Assembly (NCBI GenBank): GCA_016748015.1
Contig: JAAOMT010000197.1
Location: 282,388-346,387, forward strand
Length of the DNA: 64,000 nucleotides
Source of the DNA: Geosiphon pyriformis uo1
Taxonomy: Eukaryota; Fungi; Glomeromycota
Direction: 5' to 3'
The notes beneath the pieces were generated by a model. That model was not told the origin of the DNA and searched no databases. It saw nothing but the letters and a program-made list of their open reading frames with translations. Below, piece after piece: positions 13,259 through 25,400 of this stretch. Position numbers and translations under genes: made by a program. Positions within the stretch are counted from its first letter, which is position 1, and each line of letters begins with the position of its first letter.

Positions 13259-13750
13259 TTTTTTTTTTATTATATTTTATGAGTGAAGTCCAAATACTAC
13301 CTAGAGCTACACATCAAGGAAATGATCTATACTAGGTGTGAATCATGCATTGTCTACACATAACCAGCCACTCGGGCCAATCAGAACAACACTACTCAGA
13401 TATACAAACTGAAACTAAACTGTCTACACCAGAAAAAAATAAACATGGTTTATGAAAACTGAAATGAACACCTACAGTCTCAGTGATGCCAAGCAGCTTG
13501 ACAACACCAGCAGAAAATCCCGAAACCAGACCAGAGACTGAAACAGATGTTGAACCATCCAATGGAATCAACTTGGCCTTCTCTATATAAGCACAATGCT
13601 TAGCACAAACCATCCAAACATCATCCTTAAAGGCAAGACCAAGAGAATGCACAAACTTAACCACCTCCAATCCTGCAATTTTGGGATCACGGAACACAGA
13701 AACAGCCTCGCAAAACCAATCATTAAACACAAAACCCTTGCAAAAAGCCA
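13259..13750 (-). mobile_element. 5'-truncated LINE 3' stub (~490 bp), relatively young
   Basis: ORF 13392-13751 is the ORF2 C-terminus (..LIPLDGS..VVKLLGI..HKPCLFFSG). 3' UTR plus polyT on the + strand. Retains several CpGs. Confidence 0.88.
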
Positions 13751-16700
13751 TTTATATTTAAGCTATTTAGTTTTAAATTAAGTAATTTATTCTTTATTTT
13801 TAAAATACAAAAAATAATATTTTTATTAACTTTAAGTTTTTATTGTTTTTAATTTAATTAACATATTAAGTTTAAGTTTTTTATTATTATAAACATAAAT
13901 ACAAAAAACTTGTTTTTAAACTTTAATATAAATAGTTTTTTTAAAAAATATTTTTAATATTATTTTTATAATTTAAAACAAAAAAACAAAATTTTTTTTA
14001 TATTTATTTATAATTTAATTAATTTTTAATCTAATTTATTAATAAAAATTAGATATATAAAAAAGCTTATAATATTTAAATTTTTTTTTTTTATTACTTT
14101 TAATAAATAAGGCCCAAATGTCACCTAGTGTAATACATCAAACTAAGTGATATAAACTAGGTGCAAATCATGCACTTTTTACATGTAACCAGCCATTCAG
14201 ACAAATCAAAGCAATACTATGAATCTATCAGAACAGAAACCATACTATCTATACCAGAAAAAAAACAGCAATGTTTACAAAAACCAAAACAAATACCAAG
14301 TGCCTTAGCAATTTCAAGCAATCTAATCACCCCAGCTGAAAACATACATAACAAACCACAAGTCACTAAATACACAGAACCATCAAGTGAAATCAAACTG
14401 TTCTTTTCTATTAAAGCTTTATATTTAGCTCTAACCAATCAAATGTCCATGTGGTAAGCAGCACCTAATTTCCAAACAAAATCAACAATAAACTTTCCTA
14501 CAGTCTTAGCATCACTTGGAAAGGACATAGCTTTCTGAATCTAATCTTTGAACAAAAAGTCTTTGTTCATGATAGTATACAATATATCATCAGTCATACA
14601 CAAAGAAAGCACCTGTGAGATGTAAGATAAAAGTAAACCCAAACCAGACACACAATGCTACTTGGCCAGATAAAATGCAAAAATACTCTTATGGGCATCA
14701 GAGTCAAATATACAAACAAAAAAGTAATTGGAACTTTCTACATCACTACAATACAGACACAAAACACTCGGGTAAACCTTACTATACAAATGTTTTCATA
14801 TAGCAACCAGTAAATAGTAGTAGAGGGCCTTTAAAAAATAAGAGCACAAACTAGCTGTAAATTTACTGGTAAAGCCAGTCACTATATGGGAGTCAGGGTG
14901 TTATACTGAAGCAATATAAGACCAATCCATATTACCACATAAACTGTTATCAATAATATTGAGACCAAGACCAACCTCCCAATAAGCACAATTAACAGAT
15001 CTAAAAATCTCATAAGCAAAATGACAAATGTTCTCAGACATTACCACCTTACCAGTCTTGATAAATCTCTCTTTAACCAATACAGGAAGTACCAAAGTAG
15101 AACTTGCAGCCAGACTGGCTAATTTGTCAGCACGTTCATTACCTATAACACCCAAATGTTCTTTAACCTTGTGCCAAGAAACATCAAGCTGCTTTTTTTT
15201 AATTAAATTAAAAATGCCATGCTGCTCTATTTAGCAGTGGTTGCAGAAGTCCAGAGACATTAGAGCTAATTCAGCCACACAAGCATTCAGGGCAGCCTGA
15301 CTGTCTGAATAAACCACTACTAAACTGTTAGGAAGAACACACTCCAAAGCCAAAGCAATTGCTTGCAATTCCACTATAGTCGAAGACACCAATCCACTAA
15401 CCTTAGTACTAATATCCAGATTCAGATTAGGGAAATAAGCAGCAACACCACATTTTATCTTACATAAACTTAAATCCCTTAATGATCCATCTGTGTAAAC
15501 ACTAATAACCTTCACATCTGCAGAAAAGAGACACTGACCCAATCTAGAGACCTTACTTGAACTGCAAACATCCATAGTCTGTAAACTTTCAATGTGCAAA
15601 TCATCAAAAAAAGAAAAATGAACCAAAAAATCACAAGCCAAAGTGAACCAATGAGGAACAGGGCCCCTTGGATCAAGTCTCTTCCAATGTCGAAAGCTCT
15701 TTCAATCAAAAACCAAACCTTTTTTGATATACAACTGTTCAGCAAAAACAACCCCAAACCTTTTAAGAGAAGAAGAAACATCATAAAACAAAGAAGCTCT
15801 CAGGACTGTAGACATTGGTATTCCATCAGACAAGTGGAACACAAAAACAGAGAAATTGTCAAGAGACATGTCATAGTCCAAAAAAATTCTAACAATACTT
15901 GCCAAAAAGTTATTAACTGAACTGACACACAACTTAACCAGACAACATAGAGAGTGAATAGGCAACCAACCCAGAACCTGAAGATCCAGAGACCTATGAT
16001 TAAACAAATAACCAAAAACACCACCAGCATTTGAAAAACACAACACAGAAGCCACTTTGTACTCAGTCTACAACTGCTCAAAAGATTTCAAGTTATACAA
16101 ATATGGATGGTGAAGAGCCTCATTGAAAAAGTCTCTTGGAAGTCCAGCCTTAAGTCTCAACCCCCTCCTAATCAACATATTCCATCTTGTACACACATTC
16201 CTAGAAATGAAGCTGAACTAAGTTCTATAACTAACAATGGATTGCAATACAGCAGATATTAGATAAAGAAACTGCTTGTCCAAAATAGCCTTCTTTAGAA
16301 CCAAATTGACAAAAAACCTAATATCCACATACGTTTTAGCCAAACTGGATTTGGACAAACCCTCAGATGATAAATAAATGCCAAAGTACCAATGAGACTT
16401 CTTCTTACAAGCTACTGAAATCAGCAAATTATTAATTGATAATAACACATTACCAACTTTTTGATTGATAGGAATAACCACAGTTTTCTTATTATTGATC
16501 GAAATATTATTCACCATAAAAAATTCACTTGCTATATCTAAAATATACTGAGTAGCAGTCTAACTGCTACTCACCCAAATAGTGTCATCAACAAATGCAC
16601 CAGCAGCTAGAAATGAAGTCAAACTGTCTTGGTTTTCCACTCTACCTGTCTTAACAACAAATTTAGTATCAATTTGATATTCACACAAACTTTTTTGCCT

Positions 16701-18664
16701 CTTGACCTCATACAAAAGGGGATCATAAAAGATTTTTCACAGCAAAGGAGAGAAAATCTCACTTTGGTCAAGACTATCATGTACTCAGTATTCATTAGTC
16801 AGACCAAAATTGATCATAACCTGATTAACATGGTCATTGTGAATAGAACCAAAAAAATTAATAAAACATCATAGACTTTAAGCATATTTTGTAGCACCAG
16901 CCAAAGTTCATGATTCTTCTCCAAAGCATCTTCAACAACCAAACCAATGGCAAAAATAGAAGACTGAGTAGTAGTGCTCTTAAGCACAAAAAAATTGTCC
17001 CTATAAAGAACATCAAATAGACCGCATGCTAACGAAATCCTGTTAGACAACAATTTAAAAAGAATTTTACAAGCAGTCTCAATTAAAGCAATTGGTTTAG
17101 TATTTGTTAAAACACTTTTTCACTCATAGGGCTTAGGAATTATTGACACTCAAACTTCCTTCTAACAATGGGGAACTGACTCACACACCAAACAAATGTT
17201 CAAAAAATCCAGAAGCCAACTTAGCATAGATTCATCACAATGTTTCCAAAGCTCATTTGAAATGCCAAACAAGCCAGCAGCTTTACCATTCAGTAAATTC
17301 TTAATCACATGCATCAAGTCATTCAAACTGATAGCATTCATTACACCAGAAAAAGCATTATCATTGACATAATCCAATGACAGGTATTGATACTGCCACA
17401 AATCAGAAACACTCCTCAGCACAGCCCTCTTCCTTATCCAGTCCTCTATTATACCATCTATCTTATTTTTAACTTCTATTGAATCCAAAATCACATTATC
17501 ATTAAAAACTAAATGGTTTAACACCACTTTGTGGAATAGACATTCTAAAACACTACAGATTGTGTGGTCTTTGTTAACCACAAAATTCTCCATTTTTTTT
17601 TCAATAGCTGATTTAATGCCTGACTCCTTGGCTTACAAAGACTCAGCAAGCTTAGAGACATGATAAGACCTCCTCACACCATAAAGAGCAGAATAAACAT
17701 GATCCAAACTTGCATCAAAGCTTATAAGATCCTAAACAACAGAAGTTTTGTTACTATTCAGAGAAACCCAGTGTTTTAAAAGAGACTCAAACTGGCTGGA
17801 GTTCATCTTATGAGAAGCCTTGACAATTTTCAAAACTAAAATCTCTAAGTTATATAACTTGGAAGACTCTTTGGTAAACACTCCATTATAACTCTTAAAC
17901 CATTTCTTTTTGAAAGCTCTATTAGCCAAAAAAATTATTATTTTGCAAACAATGTCCCACATAGCATCCAGATTAGAGAACCTCCTGGCTGATCCAAACT
18001 CATCCAAAAACATGGCAGTATTGACTGCAGTAGCATCCTTAAATTTGCTTCATTTTACTTCATTCACATTTTTGACATCAAATTTTCAACAATCCTTATT
18101 TGCTTGCTTGTATAGTAAACTCAACTGGATATTAAGCAAACCTCTCAAACCCATGGAAGTGGAAACAGCTTTGTGATCAGTATCAAAATAGTCTTTAACA
18201 CCAGCCACACTACCATCTATTATAGCATTGACCAAACTTGAAGAAATGAGAATGTAATTAAGAACTTTAGCGACACCATGAAAATTGGTCCATATAGGCA
18301 TTTTTGCAAACAAACTTCTCTTTAGAAAATCAACTAAACCTAAATCAAAGCATTTCTTGAAGCTAGCACACTTTTGGGCATTATCTTTATTGAAATCACC
18401 ACCCAAAATCACGAAAAAAGATTTATTCACAGCTTTTGCAATCAAAAAGTTGATGTTACCAGCCTGAGAAAACTGAACCACTGAAGAGGCACCAGTGTAA
18501 AGCCCCAAAATTGACACTGAAAGTTTATTTTTGAAAAGCAATTTGATAGACAGGAGCTGACCAGGCACTTCTAAAATTTTGTATATATGCCTTGCCAAAA
18601 AAGAGTTTATGACAACCACAACACCAGCACCCAGATAACCAGATTCTAAACCAGAAGTAAACAT

Positions 18665-19468
18665 TGTTACTTATAGAAATATAGGAAATATATATTAGCA
18701 TAGTTATTAGCCAATCAGAAGTAGACATAGTAAAATATGGAATTCCAGGATTCCTCTCAGGAATTGCAGGATTCCTCTTAAAGGAATTGCAGGATTCCAG
18801 GAATTCCAGGATTCTTGTTGTGAAAAATTGAGGAATTAAGGAATCTCAATTATGTATATATAGCAGTAGGATTAGAAGCTGAAAAGACAGACCTCACAGT
18901 TTAGATTTAATCTAAGCAACTCTCCAAATTACAAACATCTAATAAATAACTATTTGTTATCTCAAATCTATTTCCACTATCAACACTTCATATTGATAGT
19001 AATCAATACTTAACCACACTGGAACAATAGCTCTTGATCACAGCTATTGACGGAATACTAACTTGCAAATTGTCTTGGCTTATTTCTTTTCTTTTTTTAT
19101 ATTTTATTTTCTTTATTTTCTTTGATTTTGTTATTGTGCACTAACCAATTGATTAAAAGCACTGATTACTAACATCAAGGATTGCCTGGTAAAAAACTTT
19201 TGCGAGTGGGTAGGACACGTACAGAAGATACAGATTACTTACCAGAGGATTGCTGGTCACCAAGCCAAAAAAAGAATTGACAGACTTGCGAGTCTGGGAA
19301 GCTACGGATAAAACAACTATTGAATCTCTGTCTATTATATAAAGAACTCATTTGGAAAACCTTCAGATATCAACTACTTAAAAATATTATCAACAACATG
19401 AGCAGCTTTTAAGCACCAAGTTACAGAATTGTTATTTGACCTGAGATCCCAAATAATCAACTGTAATA
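18665..19468 (+). repeat. 5' LTR (804 bp)
   Basis: Direct repeat of 28016-28856. CCAAT box, GGAATTCCAGGATTCC repeats and TATATATA at ~18855. Confidence 0.95.
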
Positions 19469-19470
19469 TT

Positions 19471-19487
19471 TGGTGCTCCCTGTGAGG
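19471..19487 (+). promoter_or_regulatory. Primer binding site TGGTGCTCCCTGTGAGG (likely elongator tRNA-Met)
   Basis: Lies 2 nt after the LTR. Its complement CCUCACAGGGAGCACCA resembles eukaryotic elongator tRNA-Met 3' ends (recalled from memory). Confidence 0.8.
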
Positions 19488-22400
19488 TATAATCCTACAG
19501 AGAACCAGCACCAACAAACACCATCCAAAAGTGGCAGAATCAGAAAATATAGGAGCAAACCATTTAGGATTTGTGAAATCCTTATTTTAACACTATTGTC
19601 AACACTTGGGATTAAACCACAATCATATATCTACCGAATCAGTTTTTAATTTCTACATCAATGAAAAGATTTCCTTTTTGTTAGAAACACCAGTAAATAC
19701 TGAATCAGCAAGGGAAACTTTCTACAGAGAATTAATTCAAAACACCAACCTACCAATAAATCATAATTTTGCATCCATTATCATTAAGATCAACAAAGAA
19801 ATTAAACAGCACACCCAACAAAGATATCCAATTACATATGCTAGTAAAGGCAAAGAAAAACTACAAACACTAGCAATAACTCTCAGAAAGATACAACTAC
19901 CTACTTGAAAGAAGACAAAAGTTGAATCACCAACCAATCTATCTTATCACTATACACCCGGAAGTGCCATCAACATTTTATCAACAGGTGCGTCCACATC
20001 AAATATGACATCAGCATTTGGATGATTCCCATTCCAAAGTAAACAAAGAAAAACAGAATTATTAAGACCATACAGCAAATACTTCGAAAAATTTAAATCA
20101 TGATCACCAATGCCATCAGAAATTTGATCACCACTGCTTCAACCAGACTTTGGAACTGCTACCCTATGGGAACTGTCTGAAGAAAAAGAGAAAAAAGAAT
20201 CGGAAGATCAAGAATTTACTTACCAGAACCCAATTACTGAAAACCTGGAAGTTGAAACACCAAATCTTCAAACCCAGCAAAATTTAAATTTAGAAAACCC
20301 GGAAATTAAAACTCCAAATATTCAACCACTGCCAAATCAGAACAATCAGAACTCCAATCTAATTAATCAACCAAACTTACCTCCTGTTATCGTCATTAAC
20401 CCATTACCAGTTGAACCAATTGGCCAGCCACCACAACAACCACACCAGCAGATTCAACAGCCACTAGTACCACTTCAACAATCACCACAACCCAACTTAG
20501 ATCCAATGGCATACGCACCAATAGCCAAACTCAAGAAATTCACTGGCGAAAAGAATAACCCTCAAGCCTGAATTAATGACATTACCAAAGCAATCACCAC
20601 CAATAACTGGGATGACATTAGAACCATACAAGTCATTCTCTATTTTCTCAAAGACACGGCAGACTCTTGGTATTACAGTCTAGCCCAGAAACCTCAAAAC
20701 TTTAATGCCTTCAAATTAGAATTTTTGAGGTATTTTAGTGATAACAACAGCATCAACTGCTTGGCAAGTACTTTTACTACCATTAAACAAGAAGACACAA
20801 AAGCAGTCACCACTTACTTGAGATGCTTCTATAGAAATCTGCGCCAAATTCAGACAATCCAAGCTGACTACTTTACAATGCCACAAATCTTGAACCAATT
20901 CATCTGAGAATTGCACAGTAGCATCCTCCAGCGAGTACGTTTAATGTATCCAGTTAATCTCTCAACTGCCATAACTCATGCCAGAGATTTTGAAGCTGCC
21001 AAATTAGAAGCTAACCATGCCCAAGCTGTGAATTTAGTAATGAATGGATCATCTGATCTGGATTCCAAGCTAAAACAATTCAGTAACAACATCAATCAGA
21101 AATTAGAGGGCTACTTAGCTGACAATCGGGCAATTTATCAGCCACTCCAATGATGTAATGATTTAGGAAATGCAAATTATTCTCAGAATCAATCATGTCC
21201 AGGATCGTCCACTAATCAGTCACGACAGCCAGAAACGCGTGTCTGCTACAACTGTAGTAAACAAGGGCATATTAAGACAAACTGCCATACTTATAGCAAC
21301 TCATGATTGGGAAATCATCATTAAAAACCTGATCGCCAGTTTCAAACTCTGAATTACCAATCCAATCAAGAGCAATATCAAAACGCTTATCTGCCTATGA
21401 TGCAGCAACCAATTTATTAGCCAACAATATATCAACTGCCAATTTATCAGCCACAGCCACCAACAATTTATCAACCGCAGTCACAAGTTATTTATCAGCT
21501 GCAGTCTCAAGTAATTTATCAATCCCAACAAGTTCAAACGCTGCACCAAAACTTAGCTACAATGATGTCAGGAAACCCAAGATCCAGAATCACCCAAAAC
21601 TGAAGATCAGCAATAGTTGTTTATCAACCGATTCCCAGTTCATCAGGCCAACAATCAGAATCTTGCCAGTGGAATTCAGGTATCGGTTCCACCCAAAACC
21701 CAAATTCCCAGAACTATTTAAGTCTCCTGGTTACCCCAGAAGACATCACCTCCAACAACTCAGAACTCAATCAACAACCAACAATACTTATCAATAATAT
21801 CTCACCAGCAATCATCACCAACAATAAGTCTTTAGCAGCCATTTTTCTGTTTAAACTCAAGGAAGTTATGTCAGTCCTCTTATTCAGTGGAGCAGTTCTG
21901 GAAGAAAAACTCATCACTGCTATGTACACTGATGTGAAAGTTGATGGCCACTCCATCAAGTTAATTCTTAACAGTGGTTCAGCAGGCAGCATCATCACAT
22001 GACAACTCATGGATCAATTAAGTCACTGAGTTAATTGAGCTGCCAGTGCTAGAATCATCACTGCCGATGGTGCCACAAAAATGCCTATTAGTGAAATCAA
22101 TGACTTCTCAATTGAAGTTAATGGCATCATTACTCCCATTAAAGTCTTGATGATGAAAGCAACCCAATACCAAGCACTAATGGGCAATGATTGGTTGTCT
22201 AAAAACAATGCCGTTCTCGACTGGACCATACAAGAGCTCCAGCTCAGCCAAAATGGCCAACACATGTAAGTACTGGCAACGTGTGGCCATTTCAAACCTA
22301 ACAATGTCACGACATTAGCGCCACTTATCAATCTTGAGAAGGAAAAACTAAAGCCTACTTGGGAGGCATACCAAGTATTGTGGGCCGACGTCAACCACAA

Positions 22401-25400
22401 TGAACTGCTGCCAATACTCATCTGGGATGACAATAACAATGGAAAGGAGAAACACGGAAAAGAACCTACCTGTGGAACCACTATCAACACTTGAACTGAT
22501 GACAAAGACCACCACAAGCTACCACTAATACTATTATGGAACAACAATCCCAAGGGAAAGCAAAGAGAGGAACTTACCTGAGAAATGGATGACCTGATCT
22601 GGACCAACAACAATGAAAGGGAACCAACACTAAGCTGAGAATGGGAAGAAAGCAACAAAAGAAAAAAAAAAACAAAAGAAGAAGAGCCACTGCCAACAAA
22701 CCCATATACCTCTTATCAACACACAACACCACAACAATTTATCTATTGCCAACCCAAATTAGTGTGCATCAATTGCAGCAAGAAATTGTCGTCAATGGGT
22801 GCATGCTGTGGTGATGACAAAAAATATCAGATGGCAACCAAGTTCTATTGCTGCACATGCCTCGTCAAACATTTTGGAAGACCAAAACAAGTGGAAAAAT
22901 GGGATAATACATCATGTTTAGCCTGTGGAAAAACTCTCCTTGATGAAGGAATGTGAAATAACATTCCTGGGAAAGGAGGAACATGCAACATTTTCTGCCA
23001 ATACACGATCCTCATCAGTGACTGGGTCGAGAAAAAAATACCAATAGAAGCTGCCTAAAGAAGAGCTGTATAGCAATTGGACAGTTGTCCACATGACGAC
23101 AATGAATTATGGCGAATGGCAATCACCAAAATTGAAGGCGTGTCGCCAAAAGAAATCAGGACAATTAAAAACAACCCACCAGAATCCATTGAGCTTGACT
23201 GGGATGCAAAGCCAGTCATAAATTTCCTGAAACCAAAATAGTTCCATGAACATTACCAAAACTTGGCACCCACTAGAAAGGAGCAAGAACAACAGCTAGC
23301 ACAGTTGAATACAAGACTGTGTCGCCATTGTTTAATTCTCAGTAACTTTGAATATTGTGACAATTGTAATCTTATTTACAATCTACCACCATGTATGATC
23401 TACACGATTTCCAAAAAGGAAGAACCAATCAGCAGCTGCGCATTGGACTTAGAATCAATTTTCAATCCTGATTCAAACTCTGACAAAGATGACGACGAAA
23501 ACACTGGTTTCAGCTCTGTTCAAAATGGCATTAACAACAACAATGATTCCAACTCAGATTTAAACTCCAATTTAAGCTACAAACAATATATTGTGCTCCC
23601 TGACCTCATCAAGAAGCAGGAACTTAAATGGTTCAGTGATAACAATGAAGGTATTATGCCAGAATACATGCATAATACGAATGCCGAATTTGATCTAAGA
23701 TACCCCAGAAAAGAGACCATCAAATTGGAACCACATTCATGTACTTATATTGATCTGAAAGTAGCATTAGAAATCCCAGCAATAACAATGGTTCAACTAG
23801 CAGCTAGGAGTAGTTTAGTGAAAAGAGGGATTAATATAAGAGGAGGAATAATTGATGCAGGATATGTAGGAAATATTATTGTTATGCTACAAAACGACTC
23901 TGAAAAGGCCTATATCATAGAGCCAAATAAAAAGATAGCACAGGCAATATTCCTGTCTCTGGTGAAAATAGTGCAGTTAGTATCAGTGGGAAATAGGGAG
24001 GGATAACAGCAAGAGGGATATAGGGATTTGGATCAACGGGTAGAATAGATGTACCAGTCAATATAGCAGAAGAAGAAATTGTTAACCAAGGAGAAATTAT
24101 CTCAACAGGTCAAGCAATTTCCATTTCACCATATGGCCAGTACATGGTAGAGATAAAACAGGAAGTAAAAAAACAGAATCAGATTTTTGAAGCAAAACCA
24201 ACCCTTTGTGAATCAGGAGAAATTGGACTTATCAATTTCCATATACCAGTCAAAGATTACAACCACATCAAAATTCTCATCTATAATAACACAGGAAATG
24301 TTATAGTAATACCAGCCAGAATCACCATTGGATACTTAAGCACTAAAATAGAAGATTAATCACCAAGCACCATTCCAGACTTTCCACAGCTTTGTGGATA
24401 TGTTGATATTACATCACAAACAATATATGGACAAAGTGAATGTTATTTACTCCAACCAGAGCAATTGGAACAAATGAACATGAGAAACTTAGACCCACTC
24501 CAACGTATGCAGCTCAAGATGTTGCTCAACAATTTCAACAACATTTTTGCCAGCAAAAACAAGTTTGGCCAAACCAACATCATTTAACACCAGATTAAAA
24601 CTGGAGATGCAATGCCAATCAAACAAAGAGCATACAAAGTGCTACCAGCCAGTCATGAGATCATCTGTCAAGAAATCAATCAAATGCTTGACAATGAGCT
24701 AATTCAGCCATCAATGAATCCATGGTCATCACCAGTAGTACTTGTCCATAAAAAGAATGGAAAAATCTGATTTTGTGTAGACTACAGAAAACTCAATGGT
24801 ATAACTCGTGGAGACAGCTATCTAACTCCAAGAATACAAAAATTGTTCGACACTTTCGGTGGAAACAAATAGTTCTCAACATTAGACTTAGACAGTAATT
24901 ACTGGCAAGTAGTCATGGATCCAGCTGACAAGGAGAAGACAGCATTCACCACTAGAGAAGAGAATTTCGAATTTGAGGTAATGTCTTTTAGCTTAACCAA
25001 TGCCCCAGTCACTTTCCAATGACTAATAGAAATTGTTTATACTGGCTTATTGTGGAAATCAGTAGTTGTATACTTGGATAACACCAATGTATTCTTAAAA
25101 ACATTTGATAATTATCTTCATCATCTTCAACAAGTGTTCGAAAGACTAAGAAGAGCAAGACTAAAGTTAAATGCAACAAAGTGCTTCTTCGGCAAGACAG
25201 AACTAAAATTCTTGAAACACATAGTCAGCAAAGATGACATCAAAACGGATTCAGAGAAAATAGAGATAGTAAAGAACTTTTCAGTACCAACCAATGTGAC
25301 TGAATTGAAATCATTCTTGGGATTCGCAAGCTATTATCGACACTTTATAAAGAACTTTTCAAAAATAACTCAACCACTCAATAATTTGCAAACCAAGAAT

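Noticed and set aside
18661-18664. CpG-centred target-site preference for the LTR family
   Set aside because: Only one TSD (TCGC) is demonstrably CpG-derived, and six sites are too few.
21771-22658. Antisense ORFs (79 and 211 aa) in the Gypsy element
   Set aside because: Shadow frames opposite the PR region, with no independent motifs.
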